A stretch of DNA of 63,790 nucleotides, filler included, from Reclinomonas americana ATCC 50394 (taxonomy: Eukaryota): NCBI GenBank assembly GCA_048213135.1. It is 6 parts of 4 records of this genome, joined end to end, with 100 filler letters (N's around TTAATTAATTAA, not from the genome) between each part and the next. Parts side by side here need not be neighbours in the genome. Positions count along the whole stretch, not along the records: positions 1 to 6,664 come from PS015123.1; positions 6,765 to 16,942 come from PS015123.1; 4 more parts are not named here. One strand, written 5' to 3'. The notes under the pieces are model-generated. The model searched no databases, was not told the origin of the DNA, and saw only the letters and a list, made by a program, of their open reading frames with translations. Every line of letters starts with the position of its first letter. Within the stretch, counting starts at the first letter, position 1. The position numbers and the translations under genes are program-made. Shown piece by piece: positions 1 through 16,350 of the stretch.

Positions 1-15
1 CTAACAACAATGCAG

Positions 16-4326
<4,311 letters not shown>

Positions 4327-4444
4327 AAGACTGATGTTTCTCAATGAATGACTTTCACGTGATAAGAGAAAAGTCGCGACTGGGGCCAGCGAAAAACTCA
4401 GATGTAGAAAGCAGTATGTATTACAAATTACTTCCTCTTAAGAT

Positions 4445-5020
4445 CTGTGCGGGAAGGAGGGGTGGATGGCTGGGGAAGCAGATGAGCGCACAAAGGAGGA
4501 AGACGGTGGAGAAAGAGAGAGAGAGAGAGAGACTCTGTAAGGGACAGAGAGAGAGAGAGAGAGAGCGCGCGCGGAATGACATGCATTCTTCTGAGTCGGA
4601 AGGAGAATGTCTACGGCGAACATGCACGATGGAAAGCAGGGTAGTGGCGCCAAGGAAGTGTGCAAAGCAAGAAGCGAGGAAACAGACGTCGGTGATTTGC
4701 TCTCCCGAGGCACATATATGCACGACTGAAGATGCACGCACATGAGACATCACAGCAAGACGAAAAGACACACCAGATTTCCAAGCAACCCAACCCATCT
4801 CACTTGCACACACCAATTGAGGTGAAAGAGACACGTACGCAGGGGGAGACATGCTTCACGCCCGCAACATTCATGACAGGATAACAAACAAAAAAGAACT
4901 ATTCATCAACCTCAACAACGACCTCTCTCTCCAATCCACAGTCGTCCGCTCTTCCCCCAAAGGCACGAAAAACAACTCACAATAACCAGCAGCCACCTTC
5001 CCTCCCTTCGACTCACCGAC
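4445..5020. repeat. 3' flank of the WD40 cassette, homologous to about 15783-16350
   Basis: Colinear similarity over about 570 bp, e.g. tgtgcgggaaggaggggtggatggctggggaagcagatgag vs tgtgcggcaaggaggggtggatgactggggaatcagatgag, and ttcatcaacctcaac in both. Confidence 0.8.
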
Positions 5021-6178
5021 TCAGCACCGGAAAAGGACGACCTCGGCATCCTCGACGATGAAACATCTCAGAACCAGCTCGGGAAGACATCGTGAATCTA
5101 CTTCTTCCTCCTGCATCTCCTGCACGGCGTGCATGGCCGAGCGCGCAGCGTCGAGTTCGATGTGAGCAAGGCCACGCGGCGTGGACCACACTCGGATCGT
5201 CTTGTCCTTGCCACCCGCACTCACAATGTGCTGACCATCGGGAGTGACAGCCACAGACGAAACCCATCCGTCATGACCCTCCAACCGTCGTACTTCTTCC
5301 CCACTCTCCAGAGACCACACCCGAATGGTACTGTCTCCGCTCCCACTCACGACGTACTGACAGTCAGGAGTAACGGTGACAGACCACACCGTGTCAATGA
5401 GTCCTCCAAACTGTCGCACTTCCTCGCCACTTGCCAGCGACCATACTCGCACTGTCTCGTCGAAACTGCCGCTCACAATGTGTCGACCGTCGAGAGTCAT
5501 AGCAACAGACCACACCATGTCAGTGTGCCCCTCCAACCGTCGCACCATCTCACCACTCACGAGGGACCACACTCGAACGGTGCTGTCTTCACCGCCACTG
5601 ACAATGTGCGTACCATCGGGGGTGAAGGCAACAGAGTATACCCATCCGTCGTGTCCTTCCATCCGTCGCACCTCCTCGCCACTCGCGAGGGACCACACTC
5701 GCACAGTCTGGTCCTTGCTGCCACTAACTGCGTGCCGACCATCAGGCGAGACGGCAGCAGACATCACCGCATTGATGTGTCCAACCAGCCGTCGTACCTC
5801 CTCCCCATTCGCCAGAGACCACATCCGCACTGTGTTGTCGCAGCCGCCGCTGATGACGTGCTGACCATCATTTGTGACGACGACAGACGACACCGTGGCG
5901 GTGTGTCCATCCAGCCGTCGCGCCTCTTTGCCACTCGCCAGAGACCACACTCGAACGGTACTGTCCGTACACCCACCGACAATGTGCTGGCAATCGGGAG
6001 TGACGGCGATGGATCGCACAGCTGCGAGACTCTGAATGATCTGCGTTGATCATTCGCGGGTGAGACGCACATGCACAGTGACACACAAACAACAACCGCA
6101 CACATGCACAAGCACACGAATGCACACACAGACACCAACCACGCAAAAGTGCGCACACATTCACACCTTGGTTGTCAT
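5021..6178 (-). CDS. 7-blade WD40 protein with highly similar internal repeats and a conserved C-terminal tail (copy A)
   Basis: Micro-exon ATG ACA ACC AAG (6167-6178), intron gtgtga...cgcag, main exon 6040-5021 with seven 42-aa repeats (GH..V.SVAVTPDG.HIVSG..D.TVRVWSLASGEEVRRL). Tail STPRGLAHIELDAARSAM...CLPELVLRCFIVEDAEVVLFRC. Confidence 0.92.
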
Positions 6179-6626
6179 TCTCCGTGTGAGTGAGTGAGTG
6201 AGTGAGTGAGTGAGTGAGTGAGTGTGTGTGTGTGTGTGTGTGCGCGAGAAAGAAAAAGAGAGTTTGCGTGTGAAGCACTCTGATGCATCCGACGGAACAT
6301 CAACATCCTCCTTCTCTCTCTCGCGTGTACGTGCGCCTCGCGGTGCTGTCTGTGTCTCACTGCCCCCTTGTCTCTCCGCATCCCCGTCGTGGTGCTGCTT
6401 TCACAATCTGCGATGTGAGCAAGATGTTGCGGCATAGAATGCATGCACGCATGCATGCCGAGCCTTTTCATCTCGGCCGAGCCACGCACGTGAGTTGAGT
6501 GGAGAGACAACAGCACACGATTCAGAAAGAGAGTCGCGAGGCAGCACCAGCACGTGAGTGGGGTGCATCACGCCAGTTGTCAGGGCACACAGGCGTGTGC
6601 AGGAATCGAGTGCGCAGGGCAAGTAC

Positions 6627-6664
<38 letters not shown>

Positions 6665-6708
6665 NNNNNNNNNNNNNNNNNNNNNNNNNNNNNNNNNNNN
6701 NNNNNNNN

Positions 6709-6720
6709 TTAATTAATTAA
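6709..6720. other. Artificial scaffold linker TTAATTAATTAA flanked by N runs
   Basis: All-frame stop 12-mer between N runs, identical at five places in the window. Confidence 0.97.
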
Positions 6721-8224
6721 NNNNNNNNNNNNNNNNNNNNNNNNNNNNNNNNNNNNNNNNNNNNCATAGAGGAGGCGGGCAGTGATGCTGCTTCAGAAAG
6801 CAACCACGCCGCGTTCGCATGACAGGGCGACGTGGGCGGATGTGGATACGTGAGCGAAGATTCGCTGAACGGCAAGCAGCACGCGTTCCATAGCCTCTTT
6901 CATCCACCCACACACATAGCGATCATCTGGGATGGAGAAGCTTCGACGACTCGAGACTTCGTCAATGCATATGCGCAGCGGAGGACAAGAAGGGTTCGGA
7001 AAAACGAGATTCGCAAAATCGAATACGCACACACCGCACCTCTCCGCACACGCACCAAACAATCTCAGAAGCGCCACCACTCTTCCAACTCCTTGTACCA
7101 AACAACAATGCCCACCAACCGTGGTGAGTGATGCCGTACTGGCTTCAGCTTCATACTCTCCTTTGTTGTTCCCCAAAGGCACACTGAACACCCGGACAGT
7201 CCGACCTCCGACAGTCCTGCTCGCGCGACTGTTAAAGGGGGTGGGGGGTGCTGGTCAACTTGCGACGGCCGCCGGTGGTGCATTTCATGGTTTAATTCAG
7301 CACGGTGAATTGATATGTGTAGATTGGCTCTTGCCCTACAGGTATGCAAAGCAAGAAGGCGAACGGAGTTGGCACCGATGAACGGCATCGCTCGGTCGGT
7401 GGCCTCTACGTTCACTGGTTTCTAGACGCGAAGGTGGTGGCGGGAAAACGCAGGAGTGCAAGGAGTGCTGCCCTTTGCAGGAGACAGCTTCCACATGAGT
7501 CGGTACAAGTATCTAGACGGGGAGAGGGCGATGGACACGCTTGCTGCGTGATCTGTGGTCACCGAACGCAGGTGCACTTCGCACGCCTTGAATCTCCGGG
7601 ATGCGTCGCAAAAGATGCGTGGTGCGCTGCACTGCACAGACGATATGCGGCATCGATGCCAGGCACAAAGCTTGTGTCTGCAGGTGCTGCTGTGATCGCC
7701 AGTGCAGACGGCACAGAGCGGTACACCCCGAGTGCTGCGTGGAAGAGTCGGAAAATTACACGATCCTGGAAACGGGACGTCGCTGATTTCTCTGTGCCAT
7801 AGTTTATCACGCGCGCTTCTTGCTTGCAGTGCTGTGACATGATGCGAAGAGTGCTGCTCTGAATGGCTGTGCACTCTGCATTCTGTGTGTGACATTCACA
7901 GAAATGCGGTCGGCATCTCGTCAGGTGTGTGTGGGGGTGAACTTTGTCTCCCGTGCGTGGCGCTTGCTCCGCCACGCAGCAGCATCTCACGTGCTGCATA
8001 TTCCCACAGCGTGCAAGAATGCATATACACGGAGGCCGGAGAAATAAGAGGGGCTGAAAGAGAGTGAGGGAGAGCGAGAGAGAGATGCCGAGGATGAGGT
8101 AGGTCGCCTCTCTCGATCCACAGCGAGGTGAGTAGCAGAGAAACACATGGCTGGTGGGTCACTACGAGAGAGTTGTGCACTGCGCGAAGAGCGAGAGAAG
8201 GTGTCTCATGTATTCAGCTCCGAG

Positions 8225-9135
8225 AGGAGAGATGGCATTGGTCTCACTGTTGCATGTGCAGAGATCGACTCAAGAGAGGGAGAAGGCGGTGAGCGAGAAC
8301 AGGAGTCGACACAGCGAGGAGGGGAGGGTGCTGCAGTTGTGGATGCATTCCATCTCAGCACACAGAGGGAGGTATCTCCGGTTCCTCACTGTTGCATGTG
8401 GAGAGATAGATAGACTCAGAGAGGGATGGGGCGGTGAGAGAGAACAGGAGTCGACACAGCGAGGAGGGGGAGGGTGATGCAGTGGGAGCATCGCATCTCA
8501 GCGNNNNNNNNNNNNNNNNNNNNNNNNNNNNNNNNNNNNNNNNNNNNNNNNNNNNNNNNNNNNNNNNNNNNNNNNNNNNNNNNNNNNNNNNNNNNNNNNN
8601 NNNNNNNNNNNNNNNNNNNNNNNNNNNNNNNNNNNNNNNNNNNNNNNNNNNNNNNNNNNNNNNNNNNNNNNNNNNNNNNNNNNNNNNNNNNNNNNNNNNN
8701 NNNNNNNNNNNNNNNNNNNNNNNNNNNNNNNNNNNNNNNNNNNNNNNNNNNNNNNNNNNNNNNNNNNNNNNNNNNNNNNNNNNNNNNNNNNNNNNNNNNN
8801 NNNNNNNNNNNNNNNNNNNNNNNNNNNNNNNNNNNNNNNNNNNNNNNNNNNNNNNNGGCACACAGTGAGGGAGGTATCTTCGGTTCCTCACTGTTGCATG
8901 TGGAGAGATCAGAGAGGGAGAAGGCGGTGAGCGAGAACAGGGGTCGACACAGCGAGGAGGGGAGGGTGCTGCAGTGGTGGATGCGTTGCATCTCAGCACA
9001 CGGTGAGGGAGGTATCTCCGGTTCCTCACTGTTGCATGTGGAGAGATCAGAGATGGATGGGGCGGTGAGACCGAAGGGTCTCACCGCCACCGCTTCAAGG
9101 GCAAGAGTCGACACAGCGAGGGGGAGGGTGCTGCA
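8225..9135 (+). repeat. Tandem repeat with a unit of about 140 bp, interrupted by a gap
   Basis: The unit ctcactgttgcatgtggagagatc...ggcggtgagcgagaacaggagtcgacacagcgaggaggggagggtgctgcag...catctcagcaca recurs near 8243, 8385, 8888 and 9025. Confidence 0.85.
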
Positions 9136-9243
9136 GATGTACTCGCGTGTTGTGAGCGCTGTTGAGTGTGTGTGTGTAAATGGCGGACGGAGCCGCGCAC
9201 CATCACGTCACGCCCGTTCTTAAACTGTTTTCTGTGTGACCAG

Positions 9244-11817
9244 GTGTGCCTCTGCCGGTCAGGCAAATCTCCACTGGCTTCAAGGGGACGTCCATTGCAC
9301 CACCGGTGGGTACTGGCGTCACGTACTCGCAAGACGACCACTGGAGTGTCTCGGTGAACGGCCAACCAGCCACCAAGGCTTACGTGAGCAACCCTTCGCT
9401 GTGCTACTCGACCATTTGCTGGGACTCTGCCTCTGCGGCCTCTGCGTGGGTGACTCCATGTGAGTAGTCGAGATCGGATTCTGTGCTCTCACTTCCCTTT
9501 CTCTCTCGATCTTGCACTCTATCTCTCTCTCCTGTCGGTCTCTGTTTGGCTGTGTGTCTCCCTGTAAGTACCAGTCTTCCCATCCGTCTCTGTATATGTC
9601 TCTCTATGCTCCTCCTTCTCTTTATCTTTCTCGATCTCTTCTTAACCATTCTCTCTTTCCCCATCGATATCCCTTTGCCTCTCTTCGCACAGCCAGCAGC
9701 AGCACGGCTCCGTTTGTGTGGGACGACAAGACATTGCAGTACACCACCAGCTTCGACATGACAGGCTACGATCCGAGCAAGGCAATTCTGCAGATTCGAA
9801 TCGAGGGCGATCCCATTCCTGCCTCCCCGACGACCGCCTTTGTACAACTGACGCCTGCCGGCACCTCCAACGTGATTACAGTGCCGTATCCTGCGTGGTT
9901 ATACAGCAGCACGTATTTGCTGTCCAACCATCCATGGGTGACGGTAGATGGTTGGGCCCCCAAGGCCGGTAATGTGCTGTCGGTGAAAATCTACAATGGC
10001 GCCAACGGCACCGGACTCCGAGTGGAGGCGCAATGTGAGTGCGCAGCGTCATGACTGGCTGTGCACTCTCAGTAACTTCCCAAACCCTGCATGCAGTGCT
10101 CTGCAAAACAAGCGCCTGCGCGGCGCCCTTGACGTGCTGCGTCGGCCTGTGCCAGGACCTCCTCCACGATGTCAACAACTGCGGCACGTGCGATAAAGTT
10201 TGCCCCGTTGCGTTGACTGTGATCACGAGACAATCTCTCTCCCTTGACCATAATCTCATTCATCTACCGTACATTGCCCCTTCGTTCCCACCCTTTTCTT
10301 CTTCATTTCCCCACAGAACCCTCAAGCATGCTGCCGAGGCGCGTGTACAGATCTAACTTCGAGTCTCAACAACTGCGGCGCGTGTGGCAAGATTTGCGGT
10401 CCGGCAGATGCCTGTTGCGCTGGTGTGTGCACCAGTGTGCTCAGCATGCAGACGGATCCCAAGAACTGCGGCATGTGCGGCAACGTGTGCCCTACTGGCC
10501 AGTCGTGCTGCGCCGGCAAGTGCGCCAACCTCAGCAACAATCCATTCAACTGCGGCACGTGCGGCAAGTCGTGCGCCGCCGGTCAGGACTGCTGCAACGG
10601 TGTGTGTTACACCATCAGCAACTACGCCACCGACCCCAAGAACTGCGGCAAATGCGGCAACGTGTGCCCCACTGGCCAGTCGTGCTGCAACGGCGTCTGC
10701 ACCAATCTCAGCAACACCGCCAGCAACTGCGGCACGTGTGGCAAGTCGTGCGCCGCCGGTCAGGTCTGCTGCAACGGCTTGTGCGTCTTCCCCAGCGCCT
10801 TTACGTTTGACAGCAAGAACTGCGGCTCGTGTGGCTTTGTGTGCCCAGCCGCTGGCCAGTCATGCTGTTACGGCAAGTGCGTCTTTGTGAGCAGCGATTC
10901 GAGCAACTGTGGCACCTGTGGCAAGACGTGCCCCACTGGCCAGGCGTGCTGCAACGGCATCTGCGTCAATCCCCAAAGCTTTGCCACCGACGCCAAGAAT
11001 TGTGGCACGTGCGGACATGTGTGCCCGCTGTCGGCACCCAATTGCTGCAGCGGATCGTGCGTGGCACCGACCAATGATCCGCTGAAATGCGGTCCGTGCG
11101 CCAACGTGCAGTGCCTTCCCGGTCGCGCCTGCTGCAGCGGCGTCTGCATCAATCTCAGCAACGATGCCAGTAACTGTGGTACCTGTGGGAAGCCGTGCGC
11201 TGCCGGTCAGGACTGCTGCAACGGTGTGTGCTACGCCATAAGCAACTACGCCACCGACGTCAAGAACTGCGGCTCGTGCGGCAACGTGNNNNNNNNNNNN
11301 NNNNNNNNNNNNNNNNNNNNNNNNNNNNNNNNNNNNNNNNNNNNNNNNNNNNNNNNNNNNNNNNNNNNNNNNNNNNAGCAACTGCGGCACCTGTGGCAAG
11401 ACGTGCGCCGCCGGCCAGGTCTGCTGCAACGGCTTGTGCGTCCTGTCCAGCAGTTTCACCAACGACAAGAACAATTGTGGCTCTTGCGGCTTTGTGTGCC
11501 CCGCTACTAGCCAGTCGTGCTGCAACAGCAAGTGCGTCGTGTTGAGCAGCGATCCGAGCAACTGCGGCACCTGTGGTAAGACGTGCTCCACTGGCCAGTC
11601 GTGCTGCAATAGTGTCTGCGTCAATTCTCAGAGCTTCGCCACGGACGCCAAGAATTGTGGCACGTGCGGACATGTGTGCCCGCTGACGGCACCCAATTGC
11701 TGCAGCGGATCGTGCGTGGCGCCGACCAATGATCCGCTGAAATGCGGTCCGTGCGCCAATATACAGTGTCTTCCCAATCTCAAATGCTGCACGGGAGTGT
11801 GCAAGACCGCCTGCTGA
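9244..11817 (+). CDS. Cysteine-rich protein with STIG1-type repeats and an N-terminal beta-sandwich-like domain; 5' end unresolved
   Basis: Exons 9244-~9459, ~9693-10034, ~10097-10206 and 10317-11817 join in frame. More than 12 repeats of C..L..D.KNCG.CG..CP.GQ.CC.G.C, the STIG1 pattern. Confidence 0.85.
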
Positions 11818-11994
11818 TCTGCACCACCCAAGTGACACCAGGCGCAAGCTGAGGATTGTGGAAGAGAAGAAGAAGCTCTGGTCTTGAAACAATATAACTG
11901 ACAAGGGTGGGGTAACGAGGGGCACAAACAGGCAGCTGAGGGGACAGCGATCAGGTACCTGACATCCATCTCGTGCAGGGCATGGTTCATTGCG

Positions 11995-13030
11995 CTACCA
12001 CCAAAGCATGCGACGCTCAATCACCTCTGCATCCTCCAGCACGAAACACCGCAGCACACCATCAACGAGGATCCAGTCACGGCCATCGTCCTCCTCGCCA
12101 AGCAGCAGCCCGTCGACGGCCAGAGCGGCCGATCGCGCGGCCGCAAGCTCTTGCCGCGCCAGTCCACGCGGCGTGGTCCACACTCGGATCGTCTTGTCTC
12201 CGCCCGCGCTCACAATGTGGTGACCATTGGAAGTGATGGCAACGCTCACCACTGAGCGAGTGTGTCCCTCCAACCGTCGCACCTCCTCACCGCTCGCCAG
12301 CGACCACACACGCACTGTGGTGTCATCACTTCCGCTGATGATGTGCTGGCCGTCGGGAGTGAGAGCGACGGAGAGCACTGCACTGCTGTGCCCCTCCAAT
12401 CGCCGTACTTCCTCGCCGCTCGCAAGCGACCACACACGTACCGTATGGTCATCGCCCCCGCTCACAATGCGCTCGCCATCGGGAGCGACAGCAGAAGACC
12501 ACACTAATTCAGCGTGCCCATCCAGTCGTCGTACTTCTTCTCCACTCGCAAGGGACCACACTCGCATTGTAGCATCCTCGCACCCGGAAATAATATGCTG
12601 ACCATCTGGGGTGACGGCGACACAATACACCCCGCCAGAGTGCCCCAACAGGCGTCGCACTTCTTCTCCACCGGCCAGTGACCACACCCGCACTGTCTTG
12701 TCATGGCCGCCGCTCACAACGTGGTGACCATCAGGAGTAACAGCGACAGACCACACCCATGCAGTGTCCCTCCAACCGCCGTTCCTCCTCGCCGCTTGCA
12801 AGAGACCACACTCGCAATGTCTTGTCGAAACTGCCGCTGACAATGTGGTGGCCGTCGGGAGTGACAGCGACGGAGGCAACCCATCCAGTGTGTCCCTCCA
12901 ACCGTCGCACTTCTTCTCCACTCGTGAGCGACCACACTCGCACTGACTCGGCGCCACAGCCGCTCACAATGTGCAGTCCGTCGGGAGTGATGGCGAGCAA
13001 GTACACCGCGTAGGTGTAGCCGTCCAGGAT
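11995..13030 (-). pseudogene. 7-blade WD40 paralog (copy B), frameshifted and lacking its own first micro-exon
   Basis: Acceptor cacag|ATC at 13030. A 2-nt deletion near 12765 (GGACACTGCATGG instead of GGACACACTGCATGG) splits the ORF. The tail is diverged: PRGLARQELAAARSA...VLRCFVLEDAEV. Confidence 0.75.
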
Positions 13031-13168
13031 CTGTGTGAAGCGCAGAAGGTGAGGCGACAAGGGCAGACACATTTATGGATGCACAAGCACACGGTAACCA
13101 CGCACGACGAGAAAAAACAACTCCCAATCACCCGTAGCCATCGCTCTTCCTCCCTTCGACTCACCGAC

Positions 13169-14344
13169 TCAGCACCGGAAAAGGACGACCGCGGCATCCT
13201 CGGCGATGAAACAACGCAGAACCAGCTCGGGAAGGCACCGTGAATCTCGTTCCTCCTCCGCAGCCCTCCTCTCATCTTGCATCTCCTGCACAGCCCGCAT
13301 GGCCGACCGCGCAGCGTCGAGTTCAAGGCGAGCAAGGCCGCGCGGCGTCGACCACACTCGTACCGTCCTGTCTTGGCCACCCGCACTCACAATGCGTTCA
13401 CCGTCAGGAGAGACGGCCACACACGACACCCATCCAGTGTGTCCCTCTAACCGTCGCACCTCTTCCCCGCTCGCCAGAGACCACACCCGCACGGTGCTGT
13501 CCCCACTCCCGCTCACGATGTGCTGACCATCAGAGGTGACGGCGACAGACGTCACCGTACTGGCGTGTCCCTCCAACTGTCGCATTAGCTCTCCACTTGC
13601 CAGTGACCACACTCTCACCGTGTTGTCCCTACAGCCACTCACGACGTGTTGACCATCTGGAGTAACAACGACTGACATCACCCAGTCAGCGTGTTCCTCC
13701 AACCGTCGCACCTCTTCCCCGCTCGCCAGCAACCACACTCGCACGGTGTTGTCCCCACCGCCACTCACAATGTGCTGACCATCGGGGGTGACTGTGACAC
13801 AATACACCCCTCCAGCGCCTCCTTCCAACCGTCGCACCTCCTCCCCACTCACCAGTGACCACACCCGCACTGTGTTGTCATAGCCGCCGCTGATGATGTA
13901 CTGCCCATCAGGCGAGACGGCGACTGACATCACCGTACTGGCGTGTCCCTCCAGCCGTCGCACTTCTTCCCCACTTGCCATCGACCAGACACGTACGGTA
14001 CAGTCTCCACTTCCACTCACGATGTGCAGGCTATCGGGAGTGACGGCGACACAATACACCCATTCAGTGTGTCCATCCTGCCGTCGCACTTCTTCTCCAC
14101 TCGCCAGAGACCACACTCGCACTGTCTTGTCCATACACCCACCGACAATGTGCTTGCCGTCGGGAGTACAGGTGACTGATCGCACCGAAGAAGCGCGACT
14201 CTGAATGATCTGTGTCGATCACTCGCGATGAGACACACATGCACAAACACACAAACAACAACCGCACACATGCACGAGCACACGCATGCGTGCACAGACA
14301 ACAACCACGCAATAGTGCGCATACATTCACACCTTTGTTGCCAT
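13169..14344 (-). CDS. 7-blade WD40 protein with conserved C-terminal tail (copy C)
   Basis: Micro-exon ATG GCA ACA AAG (14333-14344), intron gtgtga...cacag, main exon 14209-13169 with seven repeats. Tail PRGLARLELDAARSAMRAVQE...CLPELVLRCFIAEDAAVVLFRC. Confidence 0.92.
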
Positions 14345-16350
14345 TCTTCGTGTGCGTGTGTATGATTTGCTCGCTCAGGATTGTCATCGTTTCCCGCCTT
14401 TCTTCTCCCGCCATGCTCCGAGACGTCCCTTCCCTCGCCAGGCTGCAACCAGCACCCCACACAGCATGCGGTAGTGTGTGAACGATGTGACTCCGATGAT
14501 GCGTGTGGGCTTTCGACGACCGACATGGGACCCGTCGATGAGAAATCGGCAGAACGCGCAACGCGGTGACACGAGGTGGCGCTCCACTGCATCGCGCTGC
14601 TGACCAGCGACACTCCCTTTTGACTGGCCTGCATTCTCTATCAACGAGGACTGGCATGTCGTGCTGCTTGGATGTGCAGTTGCGGCCCTGTTGTGCTGGT
14701 GCTACTGCATTCCCGAGAATCCAAGTCATGGATACCTCACCCCGTCTTGGATCAATCCACAGCAAGGTTAACGAGGGCACGATGAAGAAAGAGAACCACA
14801 AGGAACAAGAGAGGAGCGACCAGCAAAGTAGCACGTGCACAGCGATGGACGAGGCAGCAGCGTCGTGAGGCTCGCCTCCTCTCACACAAATCACAGTCAA
14901 TGCCTCGCGCCTTCAATCACACTCACAGTCGGTCGATAAATCGTCTTATGCAAGTACTGTGGCACGGAACCACGTGTCTTCGCATGCCAATCACTTGCCA
15001 GCACGCTTGTGTTACGATCACACATAGAACCGAGTCAGTCAAATCTCCATGTCTCACCAACTTGTCCCTCAACGCAAATGCAGAACGCACACGCACCATG
15101 AGTTGCTGGCCTCGCACGTGTCTGCAGTCTCCCATGACTACCACATGGTCACTCGGCAGTGACAGCAGCAACCAAGGTGCGCACACCATCGATCCGCCCC
15201 GACTTGCCAGTCGGGATTGAAAACGATCCACCGAGCAGGCCATCGGCGCACATCACGGCACGCATGTGTACATCCACCCAGCCACGCTCTCCATGGCCTG
15301 CACGACCTGCATGAATGAGGTGAGTGGAGGGAGGGAGGAAAGAGAGATCACGAAGAACAAGTCCACACACCTGCATCGTGCATGGTGGGTTGCGAGAGTT
15401 CGTCAGTGAGACAGAGCAGATGTCTCTCCTCCCTCCATTCTTTGCTCACATTGCACCGACATGCAGACACCATGGAAATATGCGCTTGCCGTTGGCCGTG
15501 ACAATGAACGGTGCTCTGTGCATGCTTATGGCCGGCTTACACCCACTCACTCGGCTCCCCACCACCGATCAGCACCTGATGCCAACACGCGTTTCGTCAA
15601 GATGCAAGCCAAGGGAAGCTTCTGCACACACATCCATCCTGCAAAAGAGAGAGAGAGAGAAAGTAGAGTCAGTATGCGGTCATGCCATCCCACACACTTC
15701 GGTGTCGGGATGCTCACCATGATGGACTGGCAATCGATGGCAATCGGAACACGGTGAGCGAACCAGCATGTTCGGAATCGAGCGTGTGCGGCAAGGAGGG
15801 GTGGATGACTGGGGAATCAGATGAGTGTACAAAGGCAGGGAGATGGCGGAGAAAGAGAGAGACTCTGCAGGAGGCAGGAAAAAAGAGAGCTGAAAGACAG
15901 GCATTCTTCGCAGTCGGAAGGAGAATGTCCACGGCGCACAGGTACAATGGGAAGCAGAGTATAGAGGTGCCAAGGAGGGGCGAAAACAAGACGCGAGGGA
16001 AACAGACAACGGTGACTCGCTCTCCTGAGGCACGTGCACGGGCGACGGAAGAAGCACGCACAACAGACATCACAACGAGACAAAAACCCCAAGAGACTAC
16101 CAAGTGATTCATCGCACTTGCACACAAAATGAAGGTGAGAAAGACACACGAATGCAGAGGGAGACAAGCTTCACGCCAGCACACTCACATTCACATGACA
16201 GCGAAACAAACACAGAAAACAATTCATCAACCTCAACGACCTCTCTTTCCGCTGTCGTCCTTCTATTCCCCCACCCGCACCCCCGCGCAAGACACGAAAA
16301 AACAACTCACAATCACCAGCAGCAACCCTCCCTCCCTTCGGCTCACCTCC

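Noticed and set aside
5015-5030. C-terminal Cys-TGA in the WD40 genes as Cys-Sec readthrough
   Set aside because: I could not find a convincing SECIS element in the conserved 3' flank, and copy B ends differently.
6764-8100. Short ORFs as transposon remnants or exons
   Set aside because: No recognisable domain, terminal repeat or consistent exon chain.
8225-9135. CRISPR-like array
   Set aside because: The units are about 140-bp degenerate tandem copies with no unique spacers, and the context is eukaryotic.
14400-15780. Possible gene between WD40 copies C and D
   Set aside because: Only a short hydrophobic ORF with no supportable exon structure.
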